From: Rhizodiscina lignyota
Lineage: Eukaryota
Assembly: GCA_010015805.1 (NCBI GenBank)
Contig: ML978141.1
Span: 124,001 to 188,000, forward strand
Direction of reading: 5' to 3'
Length of the DNA: 64,000 nucleotides
Shown: positions 57,770 to 64,000 of the stretch, piece by piece
Numbering within the stretch: the first letter of the stretch is position 1
How the letters are laid out: every line of letters begins with the position of its first letter
The notes under the pieces: generated by a model
Told to the model about the DNA's origin: nothing
The model's database searches: none
The model's input: only the letters and a program-made list of their open reading frames with translations
Translations under genes and position numbers: made by a program

Positions 57770-58672
57770 ATGGCGAACGACGAATATGATGTGAGCTATC
57801 CTTATGATGCCTGACATTCCACCACGACTGACATGTGCTGTTTTGTAGTTCTTGTTCAAAGGTAACACGCAGAAGCTCGCTCGAGCACGCAGATTCTAAC
57901 CTTCGATTCTCCCAGTGGTCCTCATCGGAGACTCCGGAGTAGGAAAGTCAAACCTGCTCAGCCGCTTCACCCGCAACGAGTTCAATCTCGATTCCAAGTC
58001 TACCATCGGTGTTGAGTTTGCTACGCGCAGTATCCAAGTCGACTCCAAGACGATCAAGGCTCAGATCTGGGACACGGCCGGCCAGGAGCGGTATCGTGCC
58101 ATCACATCGGCGTACTATCGAGGAGCGGTGGGGGCTCTTCTGGTGTACGATATCAGCAAGCAGCAGACGTTCTTAAACGTGAGGCGGTGGCTGGACGAGT
58201 TGAGGCAGCATGCGGACAGCAACATTGTGATCATGCTGGTGGGCAACAAGAGCGATTTGAAGCACCTGAGAGCAGTACCAACGGAGGAGGCCAAGAGCTT
58301 CGCCAGTACGTCTTCACGGTCTTTATTCACTGGTTGTCCAGTTCCTTTGAACGAAGTAGATCTATTGACACAAAGTGACTGCAGGCGAATTCAATCTCTC
58401 CTTCATCGAGACGTCCGCCTTGGACGCCAGCAATGTCGAACTTGCATTCCAGAACATCCTCACCGGTAAGACCTATTCTCTCCTGTGCGGTGCTGTTAAG
58501 TGCCACGCTTGTCTCGGCTCGCTGCTGACACTACGTCACAGAAATCTACCGCATCGTTTCCAGCAAAGCCCTCGATCAAGGCGACGCCACACAGAACCCA
58601 ATCGGCGAGCGCAAAGTCCTCGAGATCAGCAAGAGCGCAGACACAGATTCGAAGAAGGGCGGCTGCTGTTAA
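57770..58672 (+). CDS. rab11: Rab11-family small GTPase (Ypt31/Ypt3/RabE)
   Basis: [34 protein letters not shown]...[20 protein letters not shown]...GNKSDL...ETSAL...GGCC*. 13-nt microexon at 57849-57861. Confidence 0.97.
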
Positions 58673-59543
58673 GTGGGCCTGACAATACTGCTTCAGAGCG
58701 ACATGATTATGGATGTTTCAGATTGAGGGCATAATGGAGGTATGATGGGGACGCGGACAAACATGCTCGCCTTCCCGGAGAATGCGAGCTCATCACTCGC
58801 TGGCTTGCACTTTATACTGATTCCTGCAAATGTCTCATACAAGGCGTCTTGAGGTGCTTTCCTTTGTCTCCATCTGCAAGGTTTGGTTTGGTTGCATTGC
58901 CGTCTTCGTGTTATTGGTGGGAGCGCATGATGCTGTCTTCTAGACGTGAATGGGACACATGAGGTTCACGATTTGAAGTAGAACAGAAAATCCACGTCAA
59001 TCTTAAAATCACACCTTTCCGTCTCAATTAGCAGAGTCATAGCATAGGCACGAGACCCATATCCGCCACTGAAGTACGAGCAGCTCTTGTGCTCCCATCC
59101 TCTTGTGACGTATGGCTTCAATCCAGCGATGGATCCATGGATGTATAATGAATGGGAGTGAATGATATGTATTAGAACGCGGGCTGTTTCGGTTGATGTT
59201 GCAACTGACGGTAAGGACGAGTTTTCATCGGGAGATTCCCTCCACTGGTCCAGCTTCAGTGCCATGCTTTCTCTCGAGCGTCTAGCAGCGGAAGAATGAG
59301 GTAGACAAAGCCATAAAGACATCTCTAAACCCCGACAATATTAGACGCTCTTGAATGAGTTGTCTTCTCCAAAGCCTATCGGAGCGAGAGAATTTATAAC
59401 CCAGAGACGCACAAACGTTGCCTCTAGCTCTTTGCGGCTTAGCGGCGAGCAACACCCGAGCTCTCCAAATCGAACATCATCGATGCACAACAGCTCTACG
59501 GCAAAGACTCTCCAACCTGTACCAGCGATTGCGACCTCCCGTC

Positions 59544-62010
59544 ATGTTGAGACGACAGTTGTTGCGGCAGCTGCGGCGGCCGAACAGGCTGACGAGTCTC
59601 AATGCCGCGAGGGCTTTCTCTGCGACATCGCAGCGCCCTGCGGAAGTGGAGCTCACCATTGGTATGTTGTGTGCTCATCTAGCTGGGAGAATTGTGTGCT
59701 AATGAGACCTCAGATGGCAAGAAAGTGTCAATAGAGGGTATATTGACCTAATCCTGTTCCTCATGATGCAATCGCAGAACTAACCGTCCCCGCAGCCGGC
59801 TCTGCCCTTATCCAAGCATGCGAGAAAGCAGGCGTAACCATCCCACGATACTGCTACCACGAGAAACTCCTCATTGCCGGAAACTGTCGTATGTGCCTCG
59901 TCGAGGTCGAGCGCGCTCCAAAACCCGTTGCATCATGCGCGTGGCCGGTGCAGCCAGGGATGGTGGTCAAGACAAACTCTCCAATGGTCCACAAGGCGCG
60001 GGAAGGTATCATGGAGTTCCTGCTTGCAAACCATCCGTTGGACTGCCCTATTTGTGATCAGGGCGGCGAGTGTGACTTGCAGGATCAATCCATGCGGTAT
60101 GGCGCAGATAGAGGGCGATTCCATGAAGTTGGTGGGAAGCGTGCTGTGGAAGACAAGAATATTGGACCCCTCATCAAGGTACGACAAGAAAAACGATGAA
60201 ATCGATCTTGCTATTGACAGCACCAGACCTCGATGAACAGATGTATTCACTGCACACGTTGTATCCGTTTCGCTAACGACGTTGCCGGTGCTCCTGAACT
60301 TGGATCCACTGGGCGTGGCAACGACCTCCAGATCGGCACCTACCTCGAGAAGAACCTTGATTCTGAAATGTCCGGAAACGTAATCGATCTCTGCCCCGTT
60401 GGTGCTCTCACATCGAAGCCGTATGCCTTCAAAGCAAGACCCTGGGAACTATACCACTCTGAATCAATAGATGTTCTGGATGGGCTTGGATCGAACATCA
60501 GGGTCGACACAAGGGGCATGCTGGTCATGCGGATACTCCCGCGACTAAATGATGACATTAATGAGGAGTGGATCAACGACAAGTCTCGGTTCGCATGCGA
60601 CGGCCTCAATACCCAACGCCTTACTGTTCCTCTAGTCCGACAAGACGACACATTCCAGCCAGCTTCATGGGAGCAAGCACTCGTAGAAATTGGTAGCGCA
60701 TACAAGCGTATTGCTCCTAAAGGTGATGAGTTCCAAGTCGTTGCTGGACACCTTGTCGAAACCGAGTCTCTCGTCGCGATGAAGGATCTGGCCAATCGTC
60801 TTGGCTCTGAGAACCTTGCTCTCGATCAACCGGGTGGAAATGCACCTGTTGCACATGGCATTGATGTCCGATCAAATTACGCATTCAACAGCAAGATCTA
60901 CGGCGTCGAAGAGGCAGATGTGATCCTCCTAGTTGGCACGAACCCAAGATGGGAGGCCGCTGGTCTGAACGCTCGCATCAGGAAGCAGTGGCTCCGCTCT
61001 GACCTCGAGGTTGGTCTTGTCGGAGAAGACTTCGAGTCAACCTTTGACTACGAGAACCTTGGCGCAGATGCCAACTCGCTGAAGAAAGCATTCTCCGGCC
61101 CCTTCGGCAAGAAACTCGCCGCAGCTCAGAAGCCCATGATCATTGTTGGCAGTGGCTGCGTCGAGCACGCAGATGCGAAGAACATTTTCGAGACAGTCGG
61201 CAATTTCGTCGAGAAGAACAAGGCCAATTTCCAGACCCCCGAATGGAACGGCTACAACGTCCTTCAACGCGCAGCCAGCCGTGCCGGCGCTTACGAAGTC
61301 GGCTTCACCGTTCCATCGCCCAAGGTCGCGGAGACGAAACCGAAGTTCGTCTGGCTCCTCGGAGCCGATGAGATTGACGAGTCCCAAATCCCCAAGGACG
61401 CCTTTGTCGTGTATCAGGGCCACCACGGCGACCGCGGCGCGCAAATCGCAGACGTTGTACTTCCTGGCGCAAGCTACGTAGAGAAGGCGGGCACATACCT
61501 CAACACCGAAGGCAGGGTGCAGATGACGCGTCCTGCGACAAGCCATGTTGGTGCGAGCAGGGAGGACTGGAAAATCATCCGCGCGGTGAGCGAGTACCTC
61601 GGCACGCCGCTGCCGTATGACGATATCGAGGCGCTGAGGGACCGTATGGAAGAGATCAGCCCGGCGATGAGGAGGTATGATGTTGTCGAGGGAACAGGGT
61701 TGGCGGCTTTGAGCAAGGTGCAGTTGGCGGATCAGAATAAGGGCGCGAAGGTGTTGGGTGAGCCGTTGAAGAAGGTGATTGAGGACTTTTACTTCACGGA
61801 TGTCATTTCGAGAAGGCGAGTGCCAGTTTCTTCCCATCCGTACGATTTCAGATACTAACATTTGTGTGTAGTTCACCGACAATGGCACGTTGCTCCGCAG
61901 CAAAGGCAACCAAGAACCCGCTGACGAACTTCATGGCACCCGGCGAGCCAGATCCTCAAGTCGAATATGGCCCAAAGGATTCACCAAGCGCATTGCAAGC
62001 GGGCGGCTGA
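59544..62010 (+). CDS. nuo78: NADH:ubiquinone oxidoreductase 78 kDa subunit (NDUFS1 orthologue), multi-exon
   Basis: Arg-rich mitochondrial presequence; Fe-S motifs [50 protein letters not shown]; ends ...SALQAGG*. Confidence 0.97.
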
Positions 62011-64000
62011 TGGAAGAAGGAAACGAACAAGCAAATCAGTGCGTCTGCTCGCTTTTTGTACATATGGATCCACTCGTGTATCATCGGCGTTTTCCGTTTG
62101 TAAATGCCCGAATAGTAGAGGATAGAGCTCGAACTCGAACTTGGTTCTCTTTCGTTCACTTTTACACCTTCTTTTTTTTCACTGTCATAAATCGTGATGA
62201 GTGCCACGGGTTGTATGCTGTGTTTGCAGCGCGTTCAATTATTAGCGGAGGCCAGTCGACTCCCACAATACTTACTCTAAAAGCTTGCCTAGAAAGGAGA
62301 TGCTCGAAACTGACGACTCGCGTATCTGTGTGTTTACGGAGCGTTCGGGCATACGTGGAGTCTGTCGGACCTGTGCGATATTAACGTCGAAAGCTTCCTT
62401 TGGAAGAGAGAGCCTTCTAGTTGACAACCATCATCTCTGCACTCGCAGATGATTTGGGTCTAAGTGGGCTCTATTGAGCTGGGGCTCCATAACATTGACA
62501 ACTTCCTTTCGAGAGAAGATAGCCGAAGTTGCCGACCAGCGCATCTATGTGCACGCATACCTTTTGAGCATACTCGGAATGTGTTGAACTTATATGGCAT
62601 TTAACGTTGAAGGCTTCTTTCAAGCGAAGGTAGTCAAGGTACTCCAAGTTGACAGTCCTCACGTCTGTGCTCTTGCAGCTGGTTTGGGGATGCGCGGGAT
62701 CTATTGAGTTGACGTGGTACGAATATCGAAGAGTGTTGGAAAATGCAGGTCGTCCAAGAGAGCTTCTTCAGCAGCTGTCCGCTTGCGCCATGTTTGATCA
62801 TACGTTGCGTCCACTAGACTGTGATGGCTGTAGCATTGAAAGAGTTCTTTGTCGTCCCTTGCATTTTCTAAGCTGTTGTGCCTCTTTCTTGCTCATCTTC
62901 TTCCTCCGTGAACGCGAGAAAGCTCTCGAAATCTTTGAGCTGGCTAATGTCCAGAGTGATGGAAATATATATCTTTAAATTGAGTCCTAATAACGCAGCC
63001 ACCATTGTCGTTTTCGATTGCTTTCGTTGCATCAGATGCCGAATTGAGAGGCAGCACATCTCCGCGCTCGCAGACTGTTTGAACATGCACGGGGGCTCCC
63101 GCCAACTCTGATTCTTCTATCACACTTACAACCTTAGACGAATTAGATCCTGCTCACTCGACTTTGGCGGGTTCTCTAGCATGCGATCATGCGATAACAC
63201 GCACTTTCTTAAGGTAACCACACTCATAACACGAGCAACCACAACGATGAAGAAGAGCAGGAGCTCGGATGTTATACGGCACTGGAAACACTCCAAAATA
63301 CATTTAACTCAATGAGTTACCTCCTTGGTACTTGATTTCAGGGGAGCATCCCAAGCCTCTTCTCGGGTATTTGTGTCCATTGCTCGGCCGCAATTTAAGA
63401 AGAATGAAACGAACTTTACGAACGCTTGGAAGGAGAACACTGGCAAGGAAAAGAAATATCAGCATGGAGACATTCCGTGCAATCGTCGAAGCCTCTCACA
63501 GAAATGATCAGGAGAGGTCGAGGTCCCGCAGGTAAATTGACATGAGAGTGAGGCCTCGTATTATCGCCGTTTCGACCCTCGACATATCTGACATACTATG
63601 GATATAAGGGATCTTATGTACAACCTTGTTCGAATAACTTTCAATGACACTAACAGTCGACTCCCTTTGCCTGTCGCCGTCTTGACTCCTACTGCTAATT
63701 CACTCAAGTGTGAGACTAGCAGAGACAAATCGAATTTGCTATATACTCTATTGTTAGACGCAGTTTTTAAAGGTATGCGTCCAACTCTAAGGAACGTGAT
63801 CTTTTCTTTTATACATCATATCCATAGTCATTACACATCATTTATACATAATCAAGTCCTCGCGCGCGACCGTCGTCCAAACATGGCCCAGCTCGGCCGC
63901 CGAGTCTGCTCTTTCAATTCGCCCGGTCCCTCTTGCTGACCTTCAGCATCACCCTCTGTCTCTGGAACGCCAGCCAATCGAGGCTGCTCGCTGCGTCTCC

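Noticed and set aside
32416..58672. Apparent trafficking/microtubule theme (PMP47, HookA, TBCB, CENP-C, Rab11) as a functional cluster
   Set aside because: Housekeeping genes interspersed with unrelated ones; no shared cis-element evident; chance adjacency suffices.
62400..64000. Fragmented ORFs after nuo78
   Set aside because: No identifiable family or splice structure.
1..64000. tRNA, rRNA and transposon search by eye
   Set aside because: No cloverleaf, rRNA, transposase/RT motifs, LTRs or TIR pairs recognised; a tRNAscan/RepeatMasker run would be needed to exclude them formally.

Overview
Genomic DNA from a filamentous ascomycete (Pezizomycotina), judged from short GT-AG introns with CTAAC/CTGAC branch points and fungal-specific gene families; the species cannot be determined from the sequence. 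The window has two parts. (1) About 1-28 kb is accessory-type: four fungal transcription-factor genes (three Zn2Cys6, each divergent from a likely target), an AsaB/CmcJ-like oxidoreductase, an amino-acid permease, two MFS efflux pumps, an F-box-like gene and several frameshifted or decayed relics. (2) About 28.5-62 kb is a housekeeping block: Abp2-domain protein, PMP47-like carrier, HookA, a Myb TF, tubulin cofactor B, CENP-C/Mif2, a chromodomain+CCCH protein, Rab11 and the complex I 78-kDa subunit. A small island at 49-53.5 kb interrupts this block. Top candidates for novelty: a secreted, multi-repeat His-rich peptide precursor (KHG(HG)ADDxxPHHSGLDG x6, with Kex2/Ste13-like processing signatures and synonymous divergence between repeats) at 51.7-52.2 kb; a Myb TF with no AUG upstream of its DNA-binding domain (apparent GUG start); and long, structured introns in the convergent TBCB and CENP-C genes. 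All assignments come from reading the sequence; no database searches were run.
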